Assembly: GCA_937625935.1 (NCBI GenBank)
Contig: OW569387.1
Coordinates: forward strand, 310,001 to 374,000
Length of the DNA: 64,000 nt
Source of the DNA: Tetramitus jugosus
Lineage: Eukaryota > Protista > Heterolobosea
Direction: 5' to 3'
In this document: piece by piece, positions 24,530-37,007 of the stretch
How the letters are laid out: each line of letters starts with the position of its first letter
Numbering within the stretch: the stretch's first letter is position 1
Program-made: the position numbers and the translations under genes
The notes under the pieces: generated by a model
What the model saw: the letters and a program-made list of their open reading frames with translations, nothing else
The model's database searches: none
Told to the model about the DNA's origin: nothing

Positions 24530-25092
24530 GGTCTCCATTCCAAGTTGAATAATGTGGATGCACAGTCACTGTATATATTTTGAGCTCTCTGTGTATTTAT
24601 ACATGCACACACCACTGGCCAATCACTAACTCACTCTATAGCAGTAGTAAGTACATAGATGAGGATGAATGCTCATTCAATATTGACATGTGTGTGCACT
24701 AGTCATCAATGCGTGAGTCTACAAAGATTGAATTCGCCTATTGGGATGTTAACCATCGATTGTTCAATGCCACTGTTTCTGAGTCAGAGAGTAATATCTC
24801 ATTGATTCTTCAGTAAAGTTACACATGTATAGTTGCATCATTTGGATTGTAGATTGTGTGAGTAGTAATAGTAGTTTTGTTGTTGATATTGATTGTTGTT
24901 TATGGTCAAGAATTGTCGTCACAACCCAACAAGAGTGCAGAAGAGCGCAGTCTATTGCCGTGTTGCTAATTTGCACAAGTGAAGATGCGTGCAGTTGTTG
25001 TCGTCCAAACCGAGGACACAACAAGAAACCAATTGCAGCACCTGCGTTTGATCTTGAAACATGAGATACTTTCTTCCAGTTTCAATTGGTGT

Positions 25093-25815
25093 TCATTGAG
25101 CCGACTCCTCTTCCAATGTCACCTCAAAATTGTTCAATGGAATGGATGGGTCATACTCTAATTGCTTCCTATGTGTTCCGTGTCTTCCCGTGGGAGCAAA
25201 TGAACATCCTTGTCGCACCATCTCGCACACAACTTGTCCAATGTTGTTCGAATCATCGATTCCACTATGGTGCTGACCCACGAGCTCCAGATTTAGTCCA
25301 TACAACATCGTGAGCATACCACTGACCTTTTTCACCTTGTAAAACTTGCCGTATACTAACTTTACATTGCACCATTGTTTTAGATGCGATCCAACCATTG
25401 GTTCGACGTGTGGCTCAAAAGACAGTTGATGCGGCAACATTGTTTTCAGATCCCAATCACCACACGTGACGAACAAGATGTTTTGATCTGTGGGCTCCAC
25501 ATGACCCAAATGCCCTCGTAGCCAATCAGTATGTTCTCGGATCACTTGTTCAAACATATCTCCTTGATCAACTTGTGACTGTGTGATACCTGTTTGTTGA
25601 ATACAATAGTCGTTCAGCTCAGGAATTCTTCTTGTTTTTACAAAGCGTTGAAATTGGTCGACCTTGACACATTCTATCCTGTTGATCTTCTTCCTCACAA
25701 ACTGGTAGAGAACGCTGGGGAACTCAATAATCTCCATGTGGGGTTTCTTGGTATCTTCAGGATTCTCCTGGAACACTGCTTCGAAATCTAATACGCACAA
25801 ATACTTGAATGTCAT
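25093..25815 (-). CDS. ERI1-family DEDDh 3'-5' exoribonuclease
   Basis: LCVLDFEA, EIIEFP, TGITQSQVD, VTCGDWDL, HHSGIDDS. Confidence 0.93.
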   Translation of the reverse strand: MTFKYLCVLDFEAVFQENPEDTKKPHMEIIEFPSVLYQFVRKKINRIECVKVDQFQRFVKTRRIPELNDYCIQQTGITQSQVDQGDMFEQVIREHTDWLRGHLGHVEPTDQNILFVTCGDWDLKTMLPHQLSFEPHVEPMVGSHLKQWCNVKLVYGKFYKVKKVSGMLTMLYGLNLELVGQHHSGIDDSNNIGQVVCEMVRQGCSFAPTGRHGTHRKQLEYDPSIPLNNFEVTLEEESAQ

Positions 25816-26375
25816 TCTTTTCTTTTGTTGTTGTATCAGCACCTCCCAACAGAATCTTTCGAATGAATATCTGCCAGAGTTCGAAATCAACCGAAGAACA
25901 ATTTCGGAATGCCAGTCAGCACGCGCGAACAGTCCAAAGCTCATCACAGACGGTCCGATAACATTGAACATGGAGCATCAACAAAAATCACAATTTTCTG
26001 CACGGCCCATGTCAACTGACCGTTCTTTGGATCTCCTCCCGAACCCGCGGCTACGTGCGCTCTTTCGGGCCTAACGGAGTTCAATATAGGAAGGAATACA
26101 TTTTCCGCTTGATCCTGGTGAGACTTCCAATATTCTCCTGACAACTCGAATCGATATTGACTGGCCCAAGCAAATTTTGTAGCAAGTGGAACAAGGCAGA
26201 AAACACGTCTGGGATATTCGCTCACACAAACTGAATCATCGCACATTTCTTTCTCGCACCAACCACTCCGTCATCACCAATTGGAACAATCTCCTGAAAC
26301 GACCATAGCATTTCCAATTTCACTGCGAGGTGGCTCACAACAATCGAAAACACAACATCTCCCCTTGATTTTGCC

Positions 26376-29162
26376 ATGTCATTGCACCAACATTCCTCTT
26401 CATCCATGACGGGTTGTGACAAAAATCATCGCGACAACGACAAGCACGAATCCACCAGCAAATCATCGTCTCCAAAGCTCCAACACTTGTATGAACATTC
26501 TTTTCATCCCTCATCATCATCAGCAGCAGCAGTTGCCCTTCAACAAGAGACGAGTCAGTCGTCATCGTCAGATGAACCATCACTGAGCAGCAAGATTAAC
26601 GAACAAGTCATTTCATTGTTTGATGGGTCAGTGGCCGCAGCATACAAGAAGAAGCCAATTATTATTCAGTAAGTGTTTGTTATCCACGTGTTTTGTTTTT
26701 GTAGTACGGCGGAGTTGAAATTCGGATGCGCCGCCGTATGGATCGACTGTAGATGGTGCTCACACGCTCTTTCTTGCACTTTCTTCAGAGCTTGTACCAA
26801 TTGTAAGAAGGCACATGCGAGGTGTGATGAACAGAAACCATGTGGACGTTGTGTGAGACTGGGTAAGCCAGACACTTGTCAAATACCAGTCATACTCAAG
26901 AAACGAGGTAGAAGGAAATTGACATTGGATGAGAAATTGGAGAGAAAGAAGCGACGGTTAATTTCGATTGATCCCATTCAACAAGGACAGGAATCTGAGA
27001 CTGGTGAACAGGAGCATGAGGAGACTCATGATCATCAACTTTCATCGGATCATACTCCGAACGATATGAGAATGATGCCTGGTGTTGATCATCCTAACAG
27101 CAATAGCTATAACAATCCAAACAACAACAACAATAGCTCTATTCCATATCATTATCATCCTCATCATACCCTACCATCCTCAACGGTCTCTCCTGTGCAC
27201 TTACTTAACAATAATGTGAGTGCAAATGTAATGATGAGAAACAATAGTACTACTACTGCTATTCCCAATAGTATTGTACCACCACCAATCCTTATGAACT
27301 CGATTGTACAGCAACAATTACAGCAACTACAGCAACCACAATCACAGCCATTATTAATAACGAATCATTTCCATACGAATTCGAACAATAACCATTCCTC
27401 TCTAGGTCATACGACTCCTCCTTCTTCTCTCTCTCATTATCATCCCGTAGTTAACATGTCCATTCCTACTACTATGGCTCAATCTCATCCACATTCTCAA
27501 CTGTCACAGCAACAGCAACAACAACAGTCCATTTTATCGCAACTCCAGTCAACTTCTAACTCTGCAACTGTTGCTCAGCCATACTCTATGAATAATCTTC
27601 AACAACAACCACAAGTAACCATGACTCCATCAGTGGCGGCAGCAACAACAAATATAACGACCAACAACAGCAATTCCGATTCATTCTATGAACAAGTCAA
27701 ATGGTTAATGGATCATCAACATTTAGTTCAACAAAAATCCATGGTACAGAACAACAATCATTTACAACAGCCAATGGGTACTATGACAAATTCATCAATT
27801 GCATCGTCTTGTACCGCAACTGCCACTGCTACTCCTACTCCTACAAATACACCTCTAACATCCAACTTTTTCAATGCATTACAACAACCTCAACAACAAC
27901 AGCAACATTCCTCCACTCAGCCCTTCTACTATGACAATAATAATAACAATACTACGAATAATCATTTGAGTAATATGATACAGCAGAACGAGACACCATT
28001 TGTCACTTGTCCGTATGCTACGTTGACAACACCATCCCTACCTGCTTATTCATCGAATTCTCCATCATCCAACAACATTCAGACCAATATCCATATGAAC
28101 AAAAATGAGACTAGTGACAATGATAGTAATAGTAACATGTCACAAGCATCACTGCCTCTTCATTTGAATCATCTAATGAATCAACAACAACAAGGACAAA
28201 ACCACCAAGACAATCTTTGCAGTGACACGGAGTCTGATAGTGCAGAAGCGCTTTTTCAAGTGTTGGGTTCTCACAGAGATAATACGAGTCCAACTTCCGC
28301 AACAATCACAAGAACTACAATGACATCGCACTATCAACAAACACAAGGTTCTGCTAATGGTAGATGTAATAACAATAGTAGCAGTAGCAGTAGTAGTATC
28401 AGCAGCGAGGATTTATCATTTGATACAATCACAAGAGAAGACTCTGGAGAGCTATTTGGTAATCAGGTGCCCAACGAATTCAGCACTGTCGAACAAAACT
28501 TGAGTGATAAAGAATTAGTGAAGCAGTTGATGGCTGAGAACAGAAGACTGTCAGAGCAGCTGAATTGTCTACGATCTGTTTCCACGGTTTTGCATGATCA
28601 GATCGTGTCATCGTGCCCTCGTAATAATCCAGAGTCCAGGAAGAGCACCCAGTTCGATAAAGAAAGGGACCATTTCGTTAGGGATTTGCTGGTGCACAAT
28701 TCGATCACTTATGACAAGGAACGTTCCCTATCCAAGATATTTAGAGAATCTACAGATCGATCGGGGATTGTGCTAAGTGTTGCCAGCGGTCAAATTGTTG
28801 CTGTTTGTCCCGTTGTGCGACGAATTCTAGGTTATCCAACGCAGAAAGCTGAACGTGAGGGCTTTTCGAGGTATGATTTGAGACGTTCGGGTAGTGATGA
28901 TATCCTATTACAGGTGTGGAGAGATGTTCTTCATCCCACAACCTTTCAATCTTCATTGAGAATATTCGCTGAGGCCATGGCCAAGAGACAAGGGCTTCTA
29001 CAACTGCACGCTCCAATGATCCTTCGTGCAGGATCCGAGTCAGACACTGAGCCAAGCTACACGTTGTGCAAACGATTCGACAGCTATATTTTCTATTGCC
29101 AGGACATGGTACCCCAGAGTACTCCCTTGATCTTCTATGTGTTGACACGGATCTTTTTCTGA
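26376..29162 (+). CDS. Zn(II)2Cys6 transcription factor with Q/N-rich middle, coiled coil and PAS-like C-terminus; join(26376..26668,26789..29162)
   Basis: ACTNCKKAHARCDEQKPCGRCVRLGKPDTC followed by KKRGRRK; GTAAGT..CAG intron joins PIIIQ|ACTNC. Confidence 0.88.
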
Positions 29163-29469
29163 CGTCTTTGATAGAAACATTGCAATGATAGTCTGCCAAG
29201 TTAGCCAACAGACAGGATATGAAAGTTCGTTTGGAAGTGTCACGCGACGTCAGACAATGACGGCATCCGAACATAGGCTATACCGAAGTCCTATCGACAT
29301 CTCTTGCGGATAACTCAGCAATAAACAACACCTTGCGCGACATTTCATGGTTATAGGGTCATTGTCGAGGGAAAAAAGAATGAAGAAACTGTGTCAATAC
29401 GTATTCGAGGATAATTGCGCAATTGGACCTCTCATCATTGATTGTCTCGATAAGGAGATCACTCAAACA

Positions 29470-29552
29470 TTTCGTGTATACTGTAGTCGGCGGAGGCAGT
29501 CACGGAAAGCTCCTCCGACATCCGCTATCGGCGGTTTCAGTTCGACACGAAA
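29470..29552. ncRNA. Candidate structured RNA (three-way junction), unassigned
   Basis: TTTCGTGT/ACACGAAA plus ACTG/CAGT closing stem; GTCGGCGGAG/CTCCTCCGAC (9/10 pairs); CCGC/GCGG hairpin. Confidence 0.3.
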
Positions 29553-29759
29553 CTAGGCATTGCTAACGGAAGTATAGGAAGCTCTAGTGGACATATGATT
29601 CGCCCTTTCCGGAATCTTTTGATCCATTGTTCCTCACGGTGGCGCGCAGGATACTTGACTGTGCCAATGTTAAATAGCGAATCTCTGTGTGAAAACCGAT
29701 AAAATAGATCATTTATTGTACATATAGAACAGAGAGAGAGAGATTACTATTTATTTATC

Positions 29760-30161
29760 ATGGGAGGAGTGTGTGGAAAGAATATCATGAGAATGAGCAA
29801 TGATGAGAGCTGGGAGTTCGATGTGGATCTATGGGAGAATGAAGCCATCGAACATATCCAATCCTCTTTGGCCACATGCCCAGAGAAATCGATTCCTTGC
29901 TTCAAGGAAACAATCCTCTTGGAGCCATTGCAACAAGGTAGGACTCCACGCTATGTATGCGAGAGCTGCATTAGCGAAGAAGACATGGAAGTCATCAACT
30001 CGCTCAAAAACTTCAAGTTTGGCGGTGAGAAGAAGAACAAGAGCCTTGTAGACAAAGATGAGAAGATGTTGATTCGGCAGTTCAAGAGAGTAGTGTCTGA
30101 TACCACGCTATCTGGTGTGAGCAACTCACTCTTGAGAAGAAATAGAGTTTGGTCCATATAA
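29760..30161 (+). CDS. Hypothetical protein with N-myristoylation/palmitoylation-like N-terminus
   Basis: MGGVCGK start, 133 aa, several Cys (CPEK..C, CESC). Confidence 0.6.
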   Translation: MGGVCGKNIMRMSNDESWEFDVDLWENEAIEHIQSSLATCPEKSIPCFKETILLEPLQQGRTPRYVCESCISEEDMEVINSLKNFKFGGEKKNKSLVDKDEKMLIRQFKRVVSDTTLSGVSNSLLRRNRVWSI

Positions 30162-30640
30162 TAGCAACTCTAAGTACTTTAACATGTAACGGACGACACA
30201 AGAAAGGATACCCAAAAAATTGCGGCGAGGGCGTACTTTGCACAGAGAGTACAGAACACTTCAGGATTCCCAAGGAAAGATAGCTTGAATCATTGTCGAG
30301 CTAAAAATCTAGCTCGAAGAGACTACACCAAGTGATCGATGCTATTTCGAACACCATGGACATAGTCAGAGCATGTGGTCAAGGGCAGTGCTAAACACAA
30401 AGGAAGATGAACAACAGTAATACTAGCACATAATAGTAGCTATTCTATTAAAGATCATCCGCTTCTTGGTGTGATACCAAGATGATTGTTTATCCAAGCC
30501 CCTCCCATTCTGTGTATCTGTAAATTATCAAAACTCCGAGAGTCGCGAGTTCCTTTTGTGCTAATGTTTTTTAGGCGGTTCTGAAAACTCAAAGAACAAA
30601 AAAAACCGAAAAAGAAAATCAATCATACAACAAAAAAAAA

Positions 30641-31574
30641 ATGAGTGTTTTCTTGGGACAACAACAACAACAAACACACTCTCCACCAGAATGGAAAACC
30701 TCCATCTACTCATCACTGGTTCACCGAAACCACACTGAAAATTCACACTTTTATTCCATTGTCAACGAATGTATGTACATACAGTGCACTGTCAAAAGCT
30801 AAGCTTTTTTTTTCAAATAGAAAAAAATTGTTTTTTTTGTTGACGTTCGTTGACTGACAACCACATTGAAGATCGATTGCTATTACAGGAGAATGCCACT
30901 CAAAAATCATCACTTCTCAAACTAAAGAGTGAAAATCGAACATTACTCAACAAGAATGTTCAATTGTCTGATCAAATCATGCTCAACAATAATAACAATA
31001 ACAATAATAATAGTTCTTCACTGTCGGACAATCTCATTTTCCATCAAAAAGTCAAACAACTCGAAGAAAAAATTGTTCAATTGCAAGAGGAACTCACAAG
31101 TTCACTAAAGGGCAAAGCAGAATCCATTCAACAACAATTGAACCTCAACAATGAAATCAAGGAACTCAATAAGCAACTCTCTATGCGAAAAGATGAATCA
31201 GAAGATGTTAAAAAACAATTGACTGAATCACAGAAAAAAATGGTTGAATTGGAACGTTCCATTGAGAGCAAGAATGGTGCAATTGAAGTTCTGAAAGGAG
31301 ATATTGTTGCGTTGAGAGAGGATTTGAGTGCGAGAGACGATCAAATGAACAAGCTAAAGGAAGAAAATCGACAAATGATTGATCGGGCCATTAGTGAGAA
31401 ACAAAAACAAGTGGACGCAATGAATCAAGTCAATGAACTGCACAGGACAGTTATGATTCAGAAACAACAGTTGGCTCTGTTGCAAGCCAAGTATCAAACT
31501 CAGAACAGTAGTGGTGGTGGTGGTGGTGGTGGTCATGACAATATTGCCTCTTCAAGTAGTGGAAGTAGTGGAAG

Positions 31575-31606
<32 letters not shown>

Positions 31607-32736
31607 TGATGACAATGGATGAATCGGAAGAAACACTCTTGTTTGCCAATCATTTGATGAATCAGAGCTCAGGTAGTAGTAGCTCTGGTGGTGGTGGTGG
31701 TAGAGGTTCGATGGGTGGTCGAAGTCATTCGAATGCTTCCTCGGACAGTGTCTCACTCACTCCACCAAAGCAAGTACTGTACAGAAAGATGACTGATTCA
31801 CAGATCAATGCCGTTGTCTTTTCATCAGATTCCATGATGATTGCTACGGCACACAATGACAAGACTGTGAAGCTGTGGAACTCGAGAACAGGTACGATTA
31901 CGACCACGTTGCACGGCAGTGCAGATGCAGTTGTCGCTGTGAGCATGTGCCCCAATCAGAGGTTGGTTGCAGGCAGCAGCACAGACAACATTTGTCGTAT
32001 ATGGAGCATGGCAACAGCACGTGTGCAATACTCGCTCACTGGTCACACGAAAAAGATTTATGCCACAGATTTTACAAATGACGGCAAGAGGTTGATCACT
32101 GGTAGTCACGATCGAACCATCAAGATTTGGGAACTGCAGTACGGTAACTGCGAAAAGACATTGTTGACATGCAAGAGCAGTGTCAATGATTTGGAGTGTA
32201 ACCCTGGAACACCCATTTTCATCTCTGGTCACTTTGATGCGTGTGCTCGATTGTGGGATCTGAGATCACCTTATACACTGGTCCACGAGTACAACACGAT
32301 ACACAAGCAACAAATTACATCGGTCAACTTCTCCAGGGACGGCAACACGTTGCTCACCAATGCACGAGACAATTTGCTGCAAGTGATTGATGTTCGTACG
32401 CACAAGATTCTGCACACACTGTCGCACGACGACTACAAGAACAATGTGAATCAAAATAAGGCTGTGATGAGTCCATGTGGTTCCTATGCCATTGCAGGCA
32501 CCAGTTCAACCAAGAATGTGTGTTACGTGTGGGACATTTCACCACGTTCTCTTGCCATGAGAATTGCTGCATCTTCTTCTTCTTCTTCGTTTGGAAAGTC
32601 AACACCAATAGTCGTACCAAAGGCTGTGGCACTCGACGGTGGACACAAGCAGGCCATCACTGGTTGTGCATGGTCACCAGATGGAGCTCAAATTGCCAGT
32701 GTTTCCATTGATAAGCAACTTGTCGTCTATCAATAA
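30641..32736 (+). CDS. ATG16: Autophagy protein ATG16 (ATG16L-type); join(30641..30770,30872..32736)
   Basis: Exon 1 encodes an ATG5-binding-like helix PEWKTSIYSSLVHRN...FYSIVNE|YRLL, then coiled coil and WD40 repeats (TGSHDRTIKIW, SGHFD). Confidence 0.88.
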
Positions 32737-32826
32737 GTTCTTTTTTATAATACCTGTATGATAAAACAAAAAACACACGAAGCTTAACTTATCATTGTGA
32801 AGATTTATTTATTCGATACTAAATGA

Positions 32827-33279
32827 TTACTCCATGTCATTCGATGACGATGTCAACAGATCAGTGACATACTTGGAGAGCAGAATGACATTCTTGTCAT
32901 TCTCAGCTCTCTTTTGCCAATAGGCTACACGTTCAGTCCATTGATCCACTTGCTTTTCAATAAATTGATCAATAAACGTCGACTGATCACTACTACTCTT
33001 GTTATTACTATTACTGTTATTATTGTTATTGTGAATGGGCATGGGAACATAGAAACTGAGACCAGCATGAACAAACATTTCTTCGTTATTGTCCGTTTTG
33101 GCTTCCAAGTGATAATTCTCTCCCATGTCGACCAACAAGTGATTCCGATGAGTCGATGGCTGTGACCGCATCGTTTTCACATGTGATGCCAATTGATTCC
33201 AATGATCGACTCTTGCTTGTGCACTGTCTCTCTGCATGAGACAATATTCCAAATCGGATTCCAATCCTCCTTCACCCAT
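32827..33279 (-). CDS. UXT: Prefoldin-alpha-like protein UXT
   Basis: LESDL..QRD helix, LVDMGENYHLEA...FVHAGLSFYVPM beta hairpins, second helix. Confidence 0.75.
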   Translation of the reverse strand: MGEGGLESDLEYCLMQRDSAQARVDHWNQLASHVKTMRSQPSTHRNHLLVDMGENYHLEAKTDNNEEMFVHAGLSFYVPMPIHNNNNNSNSNNKSSSDQSTFIDQFIEKQVDQWTERVAYWQKRAENDKNVILLSKYVTDLLTSSSNDME

Positions 33280-33339
33280 TATTTTGTTTTTTTGTTGTTT
33301 GAAGATCTATGAAGAAATGCAAGTGGAGGAGTTTTATTG

Positions 33340-36300
33340 TTACTGCTCTTGTTGGTTTTGTTTGCCTGTCAAGGATTGATGAATCATTTCAATATCGTGA
33401 GAGTTCTTGCTCTGTCTGTTGTCGACTTCTAGGTCCAGCTCGTCAATGGTTTCAAAGTCTTGTGGAGGAAGATCGACAAAGGTTCCCGTCATGCTCGTGC
33501 CAGTGCTTTCATCGGATAGCTCCAGATCACCATTGTCTCTGTTTTTGGGGAAGAAGAAATCTCTGATGGAGAAACGTTTGGGATTTGAGCCAACGACTGG
33601 AGTTTGACTCGTATCAGAGGTTGTTCGAACAGCTCCACCAACCGTGTATTCTGCTTTGGTTCCAGTGAGAGCTGATGTTGAGGAGGTCTGCGTGGTGTGC
33701 ATCGTGTTCTGGGCAATAGTCTTTCTTCTGTCCGTTGTAAAGTAGTCTTCTGGACTCAGTATCTTGCCGCTAGTAGATGTAGTTTTCTCTGGTGAGTCAT
33801 AGCCAAAGATGATTCCGTTGTCGATGGGTTCGCTTGGAGGTGCGGACTCCCGTCTAACCAGACGCTTACCATTGTTTGGTTTTGTTGAAATGATGATGGA
33901 TGAAGCATTTTGAATCCGCTTCCCACCACCGCCTCTTAATGGTTTTACAATTTTTCTTTCTCTCCTTATTGGGTGAGGGCTGTCAGTGTACATGTCATCT
34001 TCACCGTACTCCACATGATCAAAATCATCATCACTATAATCGAAGGTGTGACTGGTGTTCACATCTCTGTGGAAAGTTGATTCAAACTCGTCTTCCATTC
34101 GTCTAATCACCTGGGTGAGCTTTTCAATCTCTAACTTCTGATTGTGAATTGTTTTGTTCTGGGTAGCTAGTTGTTCCTGATGTTTGTTTGCTTGCTCGTT
34201 GGTCTTGTTAATTAAATTCTTTAAATTTGTATCAAGGTTCGATATTCTATCATCCCGAATATTTAACTTGTTTTCCATTAGCTTGATTTGCAAATCCTTG
34301 TTATTTCTTTGTTGAGTAACGTCATGTAGTTGAGTTGTTGTTGCTTGAAGACTTCTCTGTAAGAATGCAATCTTGTCCAAATTCTTTTTGAGAGCAGAAC
34401 TGTCGAAGAGCTGGTTGTGCTTGTCCCTAGCTTCATCAAGAAGCATCTCCAATTCAACAACTTTGTCACATCGGTTAGTTAGATCATTCATCAACGAGAG
34501 AATTTGTTTCTCATAAGTTTCTCTCTCCATAGCCATCCTCATATTAATCTTTTGGAGTTCATCTAACAACAGGACTGTATCATGAGTTTCTGCATTTGCA
34601 CTTGCGTTGTTAGCTTTGATTCCAAAAGAAGCGGTTACATTTGTTAGGATTCTACTGAAGGTATTAGAAGAAGTTGCAGGAGATGATGTACTAGGCTCGA
34701 ACGATTTTTGGGTTTTGGAGCTTGCTGTTCGTTTCTCACTATCAATGTTCTGAGCAACTGATGAGGTATCTGTCTCTGAACTCTCATCATTATTCTGTTC
34801 AATCAAAGAGATTTCTTCTCCAGTGACATCGTTCTTTCTGTCATCATTCTCATTCCAATCAGTGGTACTCTCATTTTCTTCAGGTGCATCCAGGCACGAT
34901 AACTTGTCCTTGAGCGATGAGATGGCTAGGGACATCTTTGCTTTTCTCTTCTGAAGAATTGAGATATCTTCATCCTGGGTAGCAGCTTGCTGTTCCAAAC
35001 TCTCAACAAGTTCGTTATGAGCATTGCTCATCACTTCAATGAAATCTTCAAGCTTTCGAATCTCTTGAGCCTTTGGGATTCTGTCAAGCTCTTCGATTTG
35101 GTTTTTGAGATCTGATACTTGTTGTTTCAAAATGTTCAAGTCCTTATTGGCAGTTTCATTTCTTATCTCCAAGTTTTCGATCGTAAAGTCTTTCTCTGTC
35201 GATTCATATTCGATCTTTTCTAACGACATTTTGAGTTCAGCTACCTCATTGGTTTTCATAGAGTTCATTGTTCGAAGATCGTTCATATAGCTATTTAAAT
35301 CTCTTTCCACCTCTCGATAATATTCCATCTTTTCATCATATTCTTTGCTTAATTCGTTATATCGATTCTTAGCTTTCTCTTTCTCTTCATTCGCTTTCGC
35401 TAATTTATCTTTCTCTACTGCGATGTACTCTTCTAAGGATCGAATCTTTTCATCCAAATCTGGTCGACCCACTGGAGTTTCGGTCTTTTCATTTTCATTG
35501 ATCTTCTGTTTCTCTTCATCAGGTTCTTGTTGGGGCTCTACTTGGTCATTGATATCAATCTGCACCTTACCTCCGGTGTACTTCTTTAACTCTTTCTCTA
35601 ATGCCAGAATGTACTTGTTGTTCTGAGCAATTTCAATCTTCGCCTTTTCTAATAACCGAGTTAGTTCCTTGACGGATAATTCTCGGTTAACCTTTGGCTT
35701 ATTCTTAATGCTCTTTGCTCTGATACCAAACCGTAGAGTTGATAGTGTTTCAAAATCATTGTATGTACTCGAAGAGCAATTAATTATCAACGTTGTTCTA
35801 GAATTTCCTCCAAGCGAATCCTGTAATAGTCGAGTTAGTTTGGAGTCTCGATAGGGAATGAATTTGGATTTACCGTCAGTCAAAGCATTGATAACATTTC
35901 CGAGACACGAGAGAGACTTGTTAATGTTCTTTGCTTCTTCGAGCAGCTTACCAGCAGCACCTGTTTTCTTCACCTTTTCCGAGCCAGCCAAGTCGACAAG
36001 AAACAACTTTCCAGATTTCGATTCGAGAGATACTGTATTCTTTTGAGATACAGTAACAATTAAGATACTGTGACTGCGGGAAGACTCTTCGTTCATTCTT
36101 GTTGCAGATACGGTACGGTTCGCTGCTCCTTCTTTAATGAGTAGAAACACTTCGTCGGACGAGGTAACATATTCTTCAGTGGCTCCTTGCACATAAATAC
36201 CTCTCCCACTATCTCTATCCTCCTTGATTCTCAGATTCTGTTGGGTAGGGTCCAATAAATCTCGAATCTTCTCCAAATATATTTCCAGATAGGACACTTG

Positions 36301-37007
36301 AATAGTGAACTCAATAGCCGAGTCTGCACTGTCGACAGAAAAGAAAATGTTGTCAATGATACGGGGTATAATACCCTTCATTGTGGAGTCATCACAAAAT
36401 CCCTAAGATAAACCAACAAAGCGAGTATGAAGTTGTTAGTTTTCGTATGGTATCATTCTTGAATGGACTACTTGAATGGTACATACAGTGAGATTGTCAT
36501 TCGGACCCATCATTGTGAATCTGTTAGAATCAATAACATCAACAATAAAATATTAGTCAATGTTCTAAAGTGACAGGAAGAGTAATGAGTAGAGGAGTAG
36601 GAGAGTGAACCATACGTTTTGCCACTACCTGTTTGACCGTAGACAAACACGGTACCATTGTAGCCTTTAAATATATCATCTACAATCGGCTGGCCAACTC
36701 TGTCATACACCATCTTTTGATCGGAACTCATGCCGAACACGTGGTCAAACACAAAGGAGTGTTTTCCTTGCTTTGGCTGTTTACAAGTCATTCAATCCAA
36801 TTGACAGCATTTATATTCCAATGTTTGTTAGAATGGCAATCATTAAAAAACAGTGAGTAAAATGTGATTAGCAAGCTTACTTACGTTCTCTAGTTGAACT
36901 GTCTTTTCATCATCGTCAATCGAAAGGCATACAGCCCCACCAAGGGATAGCTCAAGCTTATTTTGCGGCCTAATTCGACAAACAACTTGAATGTTACTCT
37001 CTGCCAT
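33340..37007 (-). CDS. Kinesin-1 heavy chain; join(36885..37007,36616..36776,36487..36520,33340..36402)
   Basis: NIQVVCRIRP, YGQTGSGKT|FTMMG, NEESSRSH, LVDLAGSE, LGGNSRT, long coiled coil, IAK-type tail RKIVKPLRGGG; three GT-AG introns keep the frame. Confidence 0.93.

Noticed and set aside
24764-25064. Cys-containing short ORFs on both strands
   Set aside because: No recognisable domain or coding bias; probably UTRs.
29470-29650. Resemblance to SRP Alu (CTGTAGTC, CGGTGGCGCG) or RNase MRP (GGAAAGCTCC)
   Set aside because: The elements are in the wrong order, and no SRP helix 8 or P4 partner strand was found.
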